Notes: a model not told the origin generated them from the letters alone. Counted from the stretch's first letter, positions 46,831 through 57,404 are shown. The stretch is DNA of 64,000 bases from Candidatus Parcubacteria bacterium (GCA_027355945.1 DAIEHA010000003.1:5769-69768); one strand, 5' to 3'. A program made the numbers and translations.

Positions 46831-48078
46831 TCAGGGAGTGAAATAGTTGAGAAAACCCTTGAATCCTGCCCGTGGAGATGACGCTTCTTCGGTCTTCCCC
46901 TCGAAATCCATGCCCCACAGCACGAGGCCGAACGCAACGGTAAAGGCGGGATCCTCGAGGTATTCCTTGAACGCGCCACCTTCGGCCTCCCATTCATCGG
47001 AAAGGGTGAACCCTATCTGGGATGCGAGCTTCATCTCCTGCTTCACGAGATCCGTGATGCCGGGAAGCTTGGCTCCTCCGCCCACGATCACCGCGCCGCC
47101 GGGCAACTGGCCGAACTTCTGGATGAGCTTCAGCTCGTTGTTCACGAGATCGAAAACCTCCTCAAGCCGCGATTCGATGATCTCTGCGATGAACCGTCGG
47201 GATACGGAGGCCTTCGCTTGGGGGACGAACTTCGAAAGATCGACGGATTCCTTGGCTCCCACCTCGCGGGCGAGCGCATACCCATAACGGAGTTTCACCT
47301 CCTCTGCGGCATCGACGGGTATTTTGAGGCCTACGGCAAGATCGTTCGATATGTTTCCCGCGCCCACGGGGAATTTCGTGACACCGAGCAGGCGGTCCTC
47401 CTCATAGGAAACGACCCCGGTCGTGCCGAACCCCAGATCGATGAGGACCGTGCCGAGGTCCTTCTGGCGTTTCGACAGCGCTGCGCGCGCGGCGACGAGC
47501 GGTCCGAACACGAGTCCCCGCACATCGCCTCCCGCAAGCTCCACGGCGCGTGTGAGCGCTTTGATGTGCGGCGAGAATGCATCGATGATGAGCGATTGGA
47601 CCTCGAGCCTGGAGCCGGAAAGGCCGAGCGGGTCTGCGATGTCCCCCACACCATCCACCATGAACTCCCTCGTGACGTCATGGATGATCGTGCGATTCTG
47701 GGGAAGGTTCACCGCCCGCGATGCCCGGACCGCGCGGTCCATATCGTCTTTATAGATCTCGGCATCCGCACGGGAGACCGCAACGATGCCCCGGGAGATC
47801 TGCATTTTCGCTTGCGGCGTCCCTATGCTCGCATAGATATTCTTCGCGGCGGACTTGGAGACCTTCTTCGCTTCGGCGATCGCCCGGTTGATCGCCTGGG
47901 AGGCCTCACTAAGGTCGATGACGGCCCCTTTGCGCAGGCCAAGCGAAGGTTCCTCATAGACGTGCACCACCGACGGTCGGCGGCCGCGGCAATCCGCAAC
48001 GACAAGTTTGAGGGATGAGGTGCCGATATCGAGCCCTGTGATAAGATCGCTGCCGCCTCTAAATCCCCTGAATTTCAT
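46831..48078 (-). CDS. ftsA: Cell division protein FtsA
   Basis: GLDIGTSS, GLRKG, IDLGFGTT and GGGAKL; upstream of ftsZ. Confidence 0.96.
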   Translation of the reverse strand: MKFRGFRGGSDLITGLDIGTSSLKLVVADCRGRRPSVVHVYEEPSLGLRKGAVIDLSEASQAINRAIAEAKKVSKSAAKNIYASIGTPQAKMQISRGIVAVSRADAEIYKDDMDRAVRASRAVNLPQNRTIIHDVTREFMVDGVGDIADPLGLSGSRLEVQSLIIDAFSPHIKALTRAVELAGGDVRGLVFGPLVAARAALSKRQKDLGTVLIDLGFGTTGVVSYEEDRLLGVTKFPVGAGNISNDLAVGLKIPVDAAEEVKLRYGYALAREVGAKESVDLSKFVPQAKASVSRRFIAEIIESRLEEVFDLVNNELKLIQKFGQLPGGAVIVGGGAKLPGITDLVKQEMKLASQIGFTLSDEWEAEGGAFKEYLEDPAFTVAFGLVLWGMDFEGKTEEASSPRAGFKGFLNYFTP

Positions 48079-48154
48079 ACCACTATGATATCAGGAAAGA
48101 CGGGCGAAAGGAACTGTGCAAAAAAATGCCGCGTGTGCGCGGCATCCGGTCGTA

Positions 48155-48553
48155 TCAGCGTGATTTCCCCTTTTTCCCGATCGCCGCGAGGATCTTCGCC
48201 TCCAAACCTTCCATACGTACGGCATCCGCCTTCTTCTCGTGGTCATATCCAAGAAGGTGCAGAATGCCGTGGAGAAGGAGCGGGGCGGCGCGCTCGGGCT
48301 CTTTGCGGAGGATATCCTTGTTGAGATACACCTCGCCGAGATATTTCGCTCGAACCTCAGGATGCGGGAATGCAAGGGGGTCCTTGAAGGAAAGTACGTT
48401 CGGTTCGGTCTTTTTCTTTATGAAACGCGCCTTGAGGGCTGCGATATCGGCATCCTTCAAAAGGAAGATGTCGAGGGTCGCTCCGGTGACCTTAAGATGC
48501 TTCAGGAGCTTTTTGGCAAGCGTATGGAGCGCGGCTTCGGTCCAGAGGGGCAT
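48155..48553 (-). CDS. ybeY: Endoribonuclease YbeY
   Basis: NVLSF, LGEVYL and HGILHLLGYDH. Confidence 0.92.
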   Translation of the reverse strand: MPLWTEAALHTLAKKLLKHLKVTGATLDIFLLKDADIAALKARFIKKKTEPNVLSFKDPLAFPHPEVRAKYLGEVYLNKDILRKEPERAAPLLLHGILHLLGYDHEKKADAVRMEGLEAKILAAIGKKGKSR

Positions 48554-48575
48554 GGTCGTACGCGTTTCGGATGCC

Positions 48576-49025
48576 TTACGCGCCCAAGGTTTCCTTGATG
48601 ATCTCTCCTACCAGCGTGCCATCCGCACGGCCCTTCACCTCCTTCATCGTTTCGCGCATGAGCGAGGGAAAATCACTCGCACCCGCAGCGTGCGCACGGG
48701 CGACGATCGCCGCGATCTCCTCGCGGGAAAGTTCCTTGGGAAGATATTCCATGATCACTGCGAGATCCGCCTCCTCCTTGGCTGCGAGATCCGCCCTTCC
48801 GCCCTGGGTGAAAAGCGCGATGGATTCCTTGCGCCGCTTGGCTTCTTTCCGAAGCGCCGCGATCGCCTCATCGTCCGTAAGGACGGCGGAGGGGTCCTTC
48901 GCCTGTTTTTCCTTTTCCGCGGACTTGAGCCCGGAAAGCACGAAGCGCACCGTTTCAAGGCGCGCGTGATCGCCGCCTTTCATGGCGGTCTTCATATCAT
49001 CGGTGAGCGTATGGATAAGGGACAT
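48576..49025 (-). CDS. GatB/YqeY domain protein
   Basis: DMKTAMK, KRRKESI, YLPKELS and KGRADG; follows rpsU. Confidence 0.92.
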   Translation of the reverse strand: MSLIHTLTDDMKTAMKGGDHARLETVRFVLSGLKSAEKEKQAKDPSAVLTDDEAIAALRKEAKRRKESIALFTQGGRADLAAKEEADLAVIMEYLPKELSREEIAAIVARAHAAGASDFPSLMRETMKEVKGRADGTLVGEIIKETLGA

Positions 49026-49065
49026 AGGTTCGTGTGGCGAGATGACCGCGGAACCCGCGTTGTCG

Positions 49066-49281
49066 CTAAATGAGCCCGAGCTTCTTCTGGCGCTCGATAT
49101 CCGCCTTCTTCTCTTCGCGATGGATCGCGGATGCGCGCCGTTTGATCCTGCTCATAGGGCGGTCATGATACTTCCGGCTGCGGACCTCCTTCAAGATGCC
49201 GCTGCGCTTCACCCGCCGGGTGAAGTTGTATAATATCGCATTCGGCGACTCGCCGTCCTTTTTTCGCACTTCTATTGCCAT
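49066..49281 (-). CDS. rpsU: 30S ribosomal protein bS21
   Basis: MAIEVRKKDGES...FTRRVKRSGIL.E.R; classic rpsU-yqeY order. Start set at ATG 49281. Confidence 0.88.
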   Translation of the reverse strand: MAIEVRKKDGESPNAILYNFTRRVKRSGILKEVRSRKYHDRPMSRIKRRASAIHREEKKADIERQKKLGLI

Positions 49282-49355
49282 GAGGAGGAGTATATATGAC
49301 CGCGGCACATTTAGCAAGGGACGGGGCACCGTCCCTCGAAGCCCGGCGTAGCAGC

Positions 49356-50687
49356 TTATTTTGCGGAAAGCCTGCGCTTAAGCTCATCCACGATCCGGTC
49401 GACGGGCACCGCTTCCTGGGTACCGCTCGTAAGGTCGCGGAGGATGAGGGAATTCTCGTATATCTCCTTCTGTCCGAGGATGAGCGCAAACCCGATACCC
49501 TCCTTATCAGCAACTTTGAGCTGATTGCCGAGGGAATCCTTCGTGAGGGATTCGGAGACCATGATCCCCTTCTCCCGGAGCATCTTCACGAGTGCGAAGG
49601 AACGCTTTCTCGAAAGATCCCCTGCGTGGGCGAAGAATACGCGCTTTGCGGCGACGGCGTTCCCATTGGGAGGGATCTCCTTGGCGCGCATGACGGCGAT
49701 CAAACGCTCGATGCCCGATGCACCTCCCACCGCGGGGGTGATATGCCCGCCGATCGTCTCCATGAGATAGTCATAACGCCCGCCGGCCGCAAGGGCGCCG
49801 ATCTCCCCTTCGGGACCTGAGGCGTAGAACTCGAACACGGTCCGGCTATAATAATCGAGCCCCCGCACGAGCCGCGGATCGAGCTCATAGGGGATCTTCA
49901 CCTCATCGAGATATTCAAGGGCCTCTTTGAAATGGTTGCTGCAGTTCACGCAAAGCTTGTCGAGGATGCTCGGCGCATCCGCTTTGAGCTTCTCGCACTC
50001 CGGCTCTTTGCAATCAAGGAGGCGCAGCGGGTTCGTATCGATGCGCGCGCGGCAATCCTCGCAGAGCTCGCTCTCGTGGGATTTGTAGTAGGCGATGAGC
50101 TGCTTGCGATAGATCGGGCGGCAGACGCGGCACCCGATGGAATTCAATTTGAGGACGGGTGACTTGATCTTGAGCTCCGCAAGGAGGTCGCTGAAGAACG
50201 AGATGGTCTCCGCATCATACATGGGATCGCTCACCCCGCCGAGGGTCTCGAGGTCGATCTGGGTGAACTGCCGGGCACGGCCGAGCTGGGGACGTTCATG
50301 GCGGAAGATATGCCCCATTGCAATGAGCCGCTGAGGCTGGGACATGCGGGACATCCCATGCTCGAGATATGCGCGCGCGATCCCCGGCGTATATTCAGGC
50401 CGGAGCGCGAGGGAATCCCCTCCTTTCGTCTTCAGCGTATACATCTCCTTCTGGACGACATCGGTCGTCTCCCCGGAGGTCTTATTGTAAAGTTCCGCGA
50501 ACTCAAGGACGGGGGGTTCGATGCGGGAGAACCCGTAACGCTTGGCGATGCTGCGCGCGGCGCCCTCTATTCTCTCCCAATAGGGCTCATCGGAGGGAAG
50601 CACGTCGTGCATGCCTTTGACGGCCTGGAACGAGCGCGCCGGTGCCTGATCTTTTTCTTTCTTGTTTTCAACGGAAGACATTGGCAC
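49356..50687 (-). CDS. hisS: Histidine--tRNA ligase
   Basis: KGMHDVLP, LRPEYT, FRHERPQ.GR.RQF, LVRGLDYY and GGRYD. Confidence 0.97.
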   Translation of the reverse strand: MPMSSVENKKEKDQAPARSFQAVKGMHDVLPSDEPYWERIEGAARSIAKRYGFSRIEPPVLEFAELYNKTSGETTDVVQKEMYTLKTKGGDSLALRPEYTPGIARAYLEHGMSRMSQPQRLIAMGHIFRHERPQLGRARQFTQIDLETLGGVSDPMYDAETISFFSDLLAELKIKSPVLKLNSIGCRVCRPIYRKQLIAYYKSHESELCEDCRARIDTNPLRLLDCKEPECEKLKADAPSILDKLCVNCSNHFKEALEYLDEVKIPYELDPRLVRGLDYYSRTVFEFYASGPEGEIGALAAGGRYDYLMETIGGHITPAVGGASGIERLIAVMRAKEIPPNGNAVAAKRVFFAHAGDLSRKRSFALVKMLREKGIMVSESLTKDSLGNQLKVADKEGIGFALILGQKEIYENSLILRDLTSGTQEAVPVDRIVDELKRRLSAK

Positions 50688-50717
50688 TATATGATGGATG
50701 GATGACTGATATGGCCT

Positions 50718-51290
50718 TTACGAACCGCCTACGGCGGACACGGGATACGCAGGTGCGGAGAAGACGGAAAGCTGATTGAGCGGCCACAGGCGGAAGCGGA
50801 CGAGACCCACGATGTCCGAGGCCGGCATGAACCCCCAGCTCCGTGAATCATAGCTCAAAGGACGATTATCGCCGAGCACATAGTAATCGCCCTGGGGCAC
50901 GGTGACGTCATAATGGCCGGAGGTCTCTGTTCCGGGGGAAAGATAGGGCTCTTTCAGAAGGAATCCGTTCGGATGCTGGGTGTCGTAGATGGAGACCGAA
51001 CCGTTATTGATGACCACGCGGTTCCCCGGGAGACCGATGATGCGTTTCACGAAATATGTGGAATAATCCTGGGGATCGTGGAACACGATGATCTCCCCCC
51101 GCTCCGGAGGCCGAATGCGATACGTGAGTTCGTCGATGAGAAGATAGTTGCCGTCTGCAAGGGTGGGATACATGCTCGTACCGCTCACGAGGAACGGCTG
51201 GACGAGAAATGCCCGGATGATGAAGACCGCGGCGACGGCGATTACGGCGATTTCCACCACTTCAAGGAGCGACGCTAAAAATTTCCTCAT
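50718..51290 (-). CDS. lepB: Signal peptidase I
   Basis: VSGTSMYPTL, YFVKRIIGLPG and VLGDNR..SYDSR. True start is ATG 51290; the ORF-track extension is antisense to pth. Confidence 0.95.
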   Translation of the reverse strand: MRKFLASLLEVVEIAVIAVAAVFIIRAFLVQPFLVSGTSMYPTLADGNYLLIDELTYRIRPPERGEIIVFHDPQDYSTYFVKRIIGLPGNRVVINNGSVSIYDTQHPNGFLLKEPYLSPGTETSGHYDVTVPQGDYYVLGDNRPLSYDSRSWGFMPASDIVGLVRFRLWPLNQLSVFSAPAYPVSAVGGS

Positions 51291-51314
51291 ATAAGTAGTA
51301 CCATTATAAAGAAC

Positions 51315-51872
51315 ATGATACACGATGCGCAAGTCAGGATCGTAGCGGGTCTCGGCAATCCAGGCCCGGAGTATGACCGCACCTACCATAATGCAGGGGT
51401 GCTTTCGCTCCCGTTCATTGCCGCGGAGCTTGCGACGGATGACGGGCCGCTCGCATTCATCCGCTATAAAAAGAGCTTTGAGTACGCAAAGGCGGGCGGC
51501 TGGGTGTTCGTGAGGCCCCTCGCATATATGAATGATTCCGGTGCGGCCGTGAAGGACGCGCTCAAGGTGTTCAAGGCGAAACCCGAAGACCTTGCCGTGG
51601 CGCACGACGATAGCGACCTCACGCTCGGATCGTTCAAGATCGTGAAGGGAGGTGGTGCGGCGGGGCACAAAGGGATACGTTCCATCATCGAACAGATCGG
51701 CACGCAGGAATTCCTCCGCATCCGCATCGGCATCCGCGCAGCAGACGAGACGCATCGCAAAAAGGCCGGGGATTTCGTGCTTTCGACGATCGCTCCGGCA
51801 CAAATGAAGGTCCTTGAAGCGGCATTCGGTGCGGCGGCGCACGAACTGTTGCTCAAATGGCCCGCGGCATGA
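51315..51872 (+). CDS. pth: Peptidyl-tRNA hydrolase
   Basis: GLGNPG..Y..T.HNAG, YMNDSG, HDD.DL, GHKG and RIRIGI. Confidence 0.93.
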   Translation: MIHDAQVRIVAGLGNPGPEYDRTYHNAGVLSLPFIAAELATDDGPLAFIRYKKSFEYAKAGGWVFVRPLAYMNDSGAAVKDALKVFKAKPEDLAVAHDDSDLTLGSFKIVKGGGAAGHKGIRSIIEQIGTQEFLRIRIGIRAADETHRKKAGDFVLSTIAPAQMKVLEAAFGAAAHELLLKWPAA

Positions 51873-51897
51873 CCCTCGAAAAGACGCTGGTCTTTAT

Positions 51898-53418
51898 TTA
51901 GGGCATGATGCCTCCGGACAGCGAGAACGTGAGCGAGAACGAATACATGCTCCCGGAAGGCTGGATCGCGGAAAGCGGGAGGTTCACGTTGGAGAATGCG
52001 GGGTCGGCCGTCAGATAATCCCTGAATTGGACGATATCGTCCGCCGTGGAGGCGATGCCCGATACGAAGACGGGGGTCGAAGCGCCCTGGAACGTCACGC
52101 GGCTCAGCACCACGGAGCTCGAGGCCGCCATCGCATCGAGGCGGTCGAGAATGATGTGGCTCTTGTCAGAGGAGAACTGCGCAGCAAGCGCGACGCTTAC
52201 GTCATGATTGAACGCCGTGGAGGATGCCTGGAGCGCCGCGATCTGGGACATGAGCTTCTCTTGTCCCCGAGGGGTGCCGCTCGCGGCAACCTCGTTCACG
52301 ACACCGCCGAGGAAATTGTATGCAAGCGCGAGCGTGGCGACGAGGATGCCGAGCGTGACAGGCACGAGCACGCTCCAGAAATCGAGGAATGCGATCGTCT
52401 GTTGTTTGCGGTAGGCTTCGGCCGCAACATCACCCGAAAGGCTTATTTCGCCCTTTCCGGTGCCTCCGCGGAGCGCCGCGCCGTACGCTGCAAGCCATTC
52501 CTGCACATCCTCGCCGGCATTGAACGCCGGCGAAAGGACGGGGAGCGTGGTGGCTCCTGCGATCGCGGCGGATGCCTCCTTCCCGAACGCCACGGCGATC
52601 ACGAGGACGCCCCCGAGCTCCTCCTGCCATCGCTGATGATAGAAATTGAAGACCTGCCGGAAGTTCGCGGCAACAGCCTCGTTGAAACGCTCCATGGTGA
52701 CCTGCCCTTTGGCATCGCCAAGGTCCGTCCACGGGGTCTGATATTCGAAATAAAGCTCGCCGTTCCTCAGAACGAGGAAATCGATGCCCGTATCATCAAC
52801 GTCGAGGAGAAGGTACGATCGCGAGGAATCGAGCGATGCGGTCCGTTCCCTGATCGTGCGCGCAAGGGAGATGGCACGCGACTCGACGTCGATCGCCACG
52901 AATCCCGCTTCGAAGAGGATGGGGATGAGGTCGTCCACGATCTTCCGTTCGATGAACGCCGAGGCAACCTGGGTCCTCATCGTACTCGTATCGGCCGCAA
53001 GCACGCGCGAACCGAAATAGGACTTTGCAAGATCGTCCGGCGAGGACATCTGCACATTGAGATCGATCGCCTTTTTGAGCTCCTTCTCCTGGAGGAGCGG
53101 GAGCGTGAAAGACTGGGTATAGACGTTCGCGGAACCGAGGGACACGACGACGGTCATCTTCCTGTTCGGGCGTCCGCGCAGCGAAGGGACCTGGGAACGG
53201 AGCTCTTGGAGCGCACGGGCGAGTGTGAGGGGGTCCTTTACGGCACCGTGCTCCATGACGCCGGGACCAAGCACGGTGGCCACGAAACGCCACGTCTCCT
53301 TCTCAAGGTACGCAAGCCGGAGCACCTGGTCGGTGATCTCAAGACCTCCCACATCGCTCCTCACGTGGAGGAGGGAGAGCAGCTTCTCGAATCGTTGTCG
53401 GATCTTTTCGGCGTCCAT
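51898..53418 (-). CDS. PilM-PilN fusion-like (GspL-like architecture) pilus protein
   Basis: Degenerate actin-like N-terminal part (GGLEITDQ, LLDVDD, AAYGAALRG), one TM helix, then a PilN-type domain (VSGIAST..IVQFRDYL...FSNV). Confidence 0.7.
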   Translation of the reverse strand: MDAEKIRQRFEKLLSLLHVRSDVGGLEITDQVLRLAYLEKETWRFVATVLGPGVMEHGAVKDPLTLARALQELRSQVPSLRGRPNRKMTVVVSLGSANVYTQSFTLPLLQEKELKKAIDLNVQMSSPDDLAKSYFGSRVLAADTSTMRTQVASAFIERKIVDDLIPILFEAGFVAIDVESRAISLARTIRERTASLDSSRSYLLLDVDDTGIDFLVLRNGELYFEYQTPWTDLGDAKGQVTMERFNEAVAANFRQVFNFYHQRWQEELGGVLVIAVAFGKEASAAIAGATTLPVLSPAFNAGEDVQEWLAAYGAALRGGTGKGEISLSGDVAAEAYRKQQTIAFLDFWSVLVPVTLGILVATLALAYNFLGGVVNEVAASGTPRGQEKLMSQIAALQASSTAFNHDVSVALAAQFSSDKSHIILDRLDAMAASSSVVLSRVTFQGASTPVFVSGIASTADDIVQFRDYLTADPAFSNVNLPLSAIQPSGSMYSFSLTFSLSGGIMP

Positions 53419-53460
53419 ATGCTTATTTTACCAAATCTTTCCGTACGGCGCCGAACGGCA

Positions 53461-53880
53461 TCATTGCACCTGCGTCCAGGACACGACGCTGATCTGTCCG
53501 TTGGGCGCGGTGGAGATGACCACCCGGAGGACCTTCGTATGGAACGACGCCGTCGCGGTGGAGGTGACCGTGTAGAATCCGGCGGAGGGGGTGTTGTTCG
53601 CCACATTCACTTGCGTCGTCACGTTGTTGATGGGAAGCGAATAGGACGCGGGAAACGAGGTGATGGACCCCCGGGTAAGGCGCAGGAGGGCGTCCTCAGC
53701 GCCTCCAGTGGCCGCCGCCTGGGCATCAGCGTTGTATTTGACCCCGTAGCTCGATCCGATGAGCGACCCTGAAAGGAAGAGTAGGAGAAGGGCGACGAGC
53801 CCGATCACCGAACCGATGAGGAGCACCATGCCGACGAACATCTGGCCTTTGTTCCGTGGATCGTATATGCGGGTGGGCAT
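53461..53880 (-). CDS. Minor pilin, PilX/GspK-like
   Basis: KG/QMFV prepilin-like site lacking E5, hydrophobic helix and A..GAEDALLRL. Confidence 0.7.
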   Translation of the reverse strand: MPTRIYDPRNKGQMFVGMVLLIGSVIGLVALLLLFLSGSLIGSSYGVKYNADAQAAATGGAEDALLRLTRGSITSFPASYSLPINNVTTQVNVANNTPSAGFYTVTSTATASFHTKVLRVVISTAPNGQISVVSWTQVQ

Positions 53881-53886
53881 GGCGGT

Positions 53887-54441
53887 TTAGTATCCCACCT
53901 CTCCGGTGGGCGCGATCGAGATGGTGGTGGAAACGAGGGGCATCGTACGCGATTCATAGAGGCCGATGCTGATGGTCGTGGTTGCGGGGCATGTGAACCC
54001 TCCGCAGATGCCGTATGCGCCGATCGGCGTGCCGGGCGAGACGCCGCCCGCGGAATAATACACGAAGATCGTCCCGCCGGAGGGAAGGGTCGACGTGGTG
54101 TATGCGATGGAGGAAGGCAGCGCGTAGCGTCCTCCCACGAGCGAGATGGACGAGGTGATGTTCGCGGTGGAGGTAGCAAAGAAAAGCCCGAAATACGGCG
54201 CGGTGGCCGTGGTGTTCGCCATCTCCACGCCCCAGAACCCGTTCGTCGTCTGGCCGTTCTCGTCCCCCGACATCGTGCGGCTCTGCGCCTCGCGGAGCGT
54301 GGTCGCGATCTCCTGCGTGGCGGACGTCACCTGAAGCGAGGCCTTCTGACCCGGGGCGCTCAAGAGGAGCGCGACGCCGAGCACCATGACGATGGCGATG
54401 ACGATGAGCATTTCGGTGAGCGTGAATCCTCGGTGCCTCAT
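53887..54441 (-). CDS. Minor pilin, FimU/GspH-like
   Basis: MRHRG/FTLTEMLIVIAI N-methylation motif and LREAQSR. Start set at ATG 54441. Confidence 0.85.
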   Translation of the reverse strand: MRHRGFTLTEMLIVIAIVMVLGVALLLSAPGQKASLQVTSATQEIATTLREAQSRTMSGDENGQTTNGFWGVEMANTTATAPYFGLFFATSTANITSSISLVGGRYALPSSIAYTTSTLPSGGTIFVYYSAGGVSPGTPIGAYGICGGFTCPATTTISIGLYESRTMPLVSTTISIAPTGEVGY

Positions 54442-54457
54442 GACGGGATGGATGGGA

Positions 54458-55660
54458 CTAGAAAGACGTGGTGAGCTGATAGATCGGCACGATGATGGAA
54501 AGCGCGATGATGGCCACCATGACGCCCATGGCAAGGAGCATCATAGGTTCGAGGAGCGATACGAGCGCGGTGATGTTCGAATCCACGTTCGCGGCGTAGA
54601 ACTGCGCAAGCGTGTCGAGCACCTCTTCCAGGTGCCCCGCGCGTTCGGAGATGGCGACGAGGTTCGTGACGACCTTCGGGAACACCGTCTCGCGCTTGAA
54701 CGCCTCCCCTATCGTAAGGCCCTTCTCGAGCCCGTCGGTCGTGATGCGCATGAGCGCATCGCGGTAGTTGCGCACGCCGACCGTGTCCGCGGCGATGACG
54801 ATCGTCTGGTTGATGGGAAGGCCGGCGGACAAGAGGGAGCTCATCGTGGAGGCCATGCGCTGCATGGCGAGCTCCTCGTAGATCGATCGTATGAACGGCG
54901 TGTGCATCATGAGATCGTCGAACAGCCGCTTCCCCGTAAGGGTCTTCCATACGAACCATACAAGGGCCGCGAGGACGATGATGACCGTGGGCGCGATGAT
55001 ATAAAGATTACTCCCTATGAAAAGTCCGACGCCGAACACGATGCGCGAGAATGTAGGAGGCTGGATGCCGCTCGAGGAGAACACGCCCGCCACCTTCGGC
55101 AGGGCATACGTGACGAGGAATGTGAGAATCGCGGAGGCGATGAGCACGAGCACCGCCGGATAGATGAGCGCGGAACGCACATGGCTCTGCAGCTCCGCAT
55201 CCTTCTCAAGCGATGCGGAAAGGTCCTCGAACGTCTTTTGGAGGTTTCCCGACTTCTCCGCTGCGCGTACGAGGCTTATGAATGTGGGGGAGAACGTCTT
55301 CGGGTAGGCGGCGAACGTCTCGTAAAAAGGCCTTCCTTTGCTCAGATTCTCGCGTACCTCGAGGAGGAACACCCGCACTGCGGGCTTGTCGAAATCGTCG
55401 ATAAGGATGTTGATGGCGGACATGAGGTCCGTGCCCACGCGGAGCATGAGGGCAAGGTACTTCGTGAGGAAGACCTTGTCGGACGTGTTGATCTTCCCCG
55501 TGCCGAACAGAAATCTCTTCTTCTCCTCCACGGGCTTCACGGACACGGGACGCAATCCCTTTCCGGCAAGCCAATGGAGCGCGTCCTGGAGGTCGTTTCC
55601 CTCGAGGTCGCCCTCGGTCATCTGGCCCGTCGTATCGGCCGCCACGTAATGGAACAGCAT
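54458..55660 (-). CDS. pilC: Type IV pilus platform protein PilC (GspF family)
   Basis: Two GspF repeats (AEKSGNL; SERAGHL), ALIYP and LLEP...PIY. Confidence 0.95.
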   Translation of the reverse strand: MLFHYVAADTTGQMTEGDLEGNDLQDALHWLAGKGLRPVSVKPVEEKKRFLFGTGKINTSDKVFLTKYLALMLRVGTDLMSAINILIDDFDKPAVRVFLLEVRENLSKGRPFYETFAAYPKTFSPTFISLVRAAEKSGNLQKTFEDLSASLEKDAELQSHVRSALIYPAVLVLIASAILTFLVTYALPKVAGVFSSSGIQPPTFSRIVFGVGLFIGSNLYIIAPTVIIVLAALVWFVWKTLTGKRLFDDLMMHTPFIRSIYEELAMQRMASTMSSLLSAGLPINQTIVIAADTVGVRNYRDALMRITTDGLEKGLTIGEAFKRETVFPKVVTNLVAISERAGHLEEVLDTLAQFYAANVDSNITALVSLLEPMMLLAMGVMVAIIALSIIVPIYQLTTSF

Positions 55661-55685
55661 ACCTCAATGATACCACACCGATCCC

Positions 55686-57404
55686 CTATTCCCGGATGAC
55701 GCGCAGCACCTCTTCGAGCGTCGTTTGGGCGAGCTGCACCTTACGGATGCCGTCTTCGAACATCGTGGCCATGCCGCTCGCACTCGCCTGTTCGCGGATC
55801 GCCTCGAGGCTGAACTCGGGCTTCGTGATGATCTCTTTCATCTTCTCATCCACCTCCATGATCTCATAAATGCCGAGACGGCCGCGGTAGCCGGTACCTC
55901 CGCACGAGGCGCATCCCTTGCCGCGGTAGAGCACATTGGGGACTTTCACCTTGGGCACGCCTCCGGCGCTCACGCGCCTCAACTGATCCTCGATGGCGGC
56001 GAGGGATCCGGGATCCGGTTCATAGGAATAGATGCACGTCGGGCAGATCCTCCGCACGAGACGCTGGGCGATGATCATATTGAGCACCGAACTCACGAGG
56101 AACGGCGGCACGTCGAGATCGAAGAATCGCGGCACCGCGGTCGGCGCATCGTTCGTATGGAGCGAGGAGAGGAGAAGATGCCCCGTGAGCGCCGCCTGCA
56201 CGGAGATATCGGCGGTCTCGGCATCGCGGATCTCACCGACCATGATGATGTTCGGGTCCTGCCGGAGAAGTGCGCGGAGGCCCGATGCGAATGTGATCCC
56301 CGCTTGCGGATTGATCTGGGTCTGGTTCACGTAGCGCATATTGTATTCGATCGGGTCCTCGATGGTCGTGATGTTCACCTGAGGATGATTCAGCATGTTC
56401 ATGAGCGTATAGAGCGTCGTCGTCTTTCCGGACCCGGTGGGACCGCAGGAGATGATCATGCCGTACGCCTTCTTGAGGTTCTCGGTGACGACCTTCGTAT
56501 CCTCCTGGGAAAGGCCAAGCTCCTCGAGGGAGAGCGGCTTCTCGGAGGATTCAAGGAGGCGCATCTCCGCCTTCTCCCCGTAGAACGTGGGCATCACCGA
56601 TACGCGGACGTCGATCGACTGGGAACCCACTTCGTAGCGGAAACGTCCGTCCTGCGGCGTGAAGTGCTCATCGAGCTTGAGTCCCGCAAGAAGCTTGATG
56701 CGCGCCACGATCGCGGGATGGATGTCCTTCGGGATGCTCATGATCTCGTAAAGGATGCCGTCGATGCGGTAGCGGATGTATGTGGCGTCCTCGAGGATCT
56801 CGATATGGATGTCCGACGCGCGCGAGGCGAGCGCATAGGAAAGGACGTTGTCCACGATGGCGATGATGGGAAGGTCGGCGGCGGCCTCCTTCGCATCTTT
56901 GGCCCCCGCAACGAGCGAGGCGCGGATGTTGTCATCGATGAGCTTTTTGAAATCTTGTCCGAGCTCGTACCCATACACGGAAAATCCCCGATTGAGGTCC
57001 TCGTGCGTCGCAAGGAAGGGCCGGATCTTCGCCTTGAGGCGCTCCTCGAGGAACTCCCGGGTCGCAAGGTCCGAGGGATCCGTCATGGCGGCATCATACG
57101 TACCGTCCGCTTCGCGGGCGAAGAGGATCACCTGCCGGGAACGGGCGACGTCCTCCGGAAGGGCGTTCACCGCCTCGCGGTCGAGCGATTCCATGGCAAG
57201 GTTCGCACGGGGCACGCCAAGCGCCTCTGCAATGAGATTATTCAAGTAATCAGAGGCCACCACGCGATCGGCGACGAGTACGTCGAGGATGCTTTGGTTC
57301 TTGCGGTCCGCCTCGGTGGCGATCGCGTCGAAACGTTCGGGCGCCACGACGCCGTCCGCAACAAGGAGCTGTTTCAACTGGTCGATGGGAATAGGGAGCT
57401 GCAT
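55686..57404 (-). CDS. pilB: Type IV pilus assembly ATPase, PilB/GspE family (copy 2)
   Basis: ASDIHIE, GPTGSGKTTT, EDPIEY, LRQDP..IMVGEIRD and tetracysteine motif. Start set at ATG 57404. Confidence 0.93.
   Translation of the reverse strand: MQLPIPIDQLKQLLVADGVVAPERFDAIATEADRKNQSILDVLVADRVVASDYLNNLIAEALGVPRANLAMESLDREAVNALPEDVARSRQVILFAREADGTYDAAMTDPSDLATREFLEERLKAKIRPFLATHEDLNRGFSVYGYELGQDFKKLIDDNIRASLVAGAKDAKEAAADLPIIAIVDNVLSYALASRASDIHIEILEDATYIRYRIDGILYEIMSIPKDIHPAIVARIKLLAGLKLDEHFTPQDGRFRYEVGSQSIDVRVSVMPTFYGEKAEMRLLESSEKPLSLEELGLSQEDTKVVTENLKKAYGMIISCGPTGSGKTTTLYTLMNMLNHPQVNITTIEDPIEYNMRYVNQTQINPQAGITFASGLRALLRQDPNIIMVGEIRDAETADISVQAALTGHLLLSSLHTNDAPTAVPRFFDLDVPPFLVSSVLNMIIAQRLVRRICPTCIYSYEPDPGSLAAIEDQLRRVSAGGVPKVKVPNVLYRGKGCASCGGTGYRGRLGIYEIMEVDEKMKEIITKPEFSLEAIREQASASGMATMFEDGIRKVQLAQTTLEEVLRVIRE

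Noticed and set aside
51291-51842. N-terminal extension of lepB in the ORF track (374 aa)
   Set aside because: The extension is antisense to pth; the LepB TM segment begins at ATG 51290.
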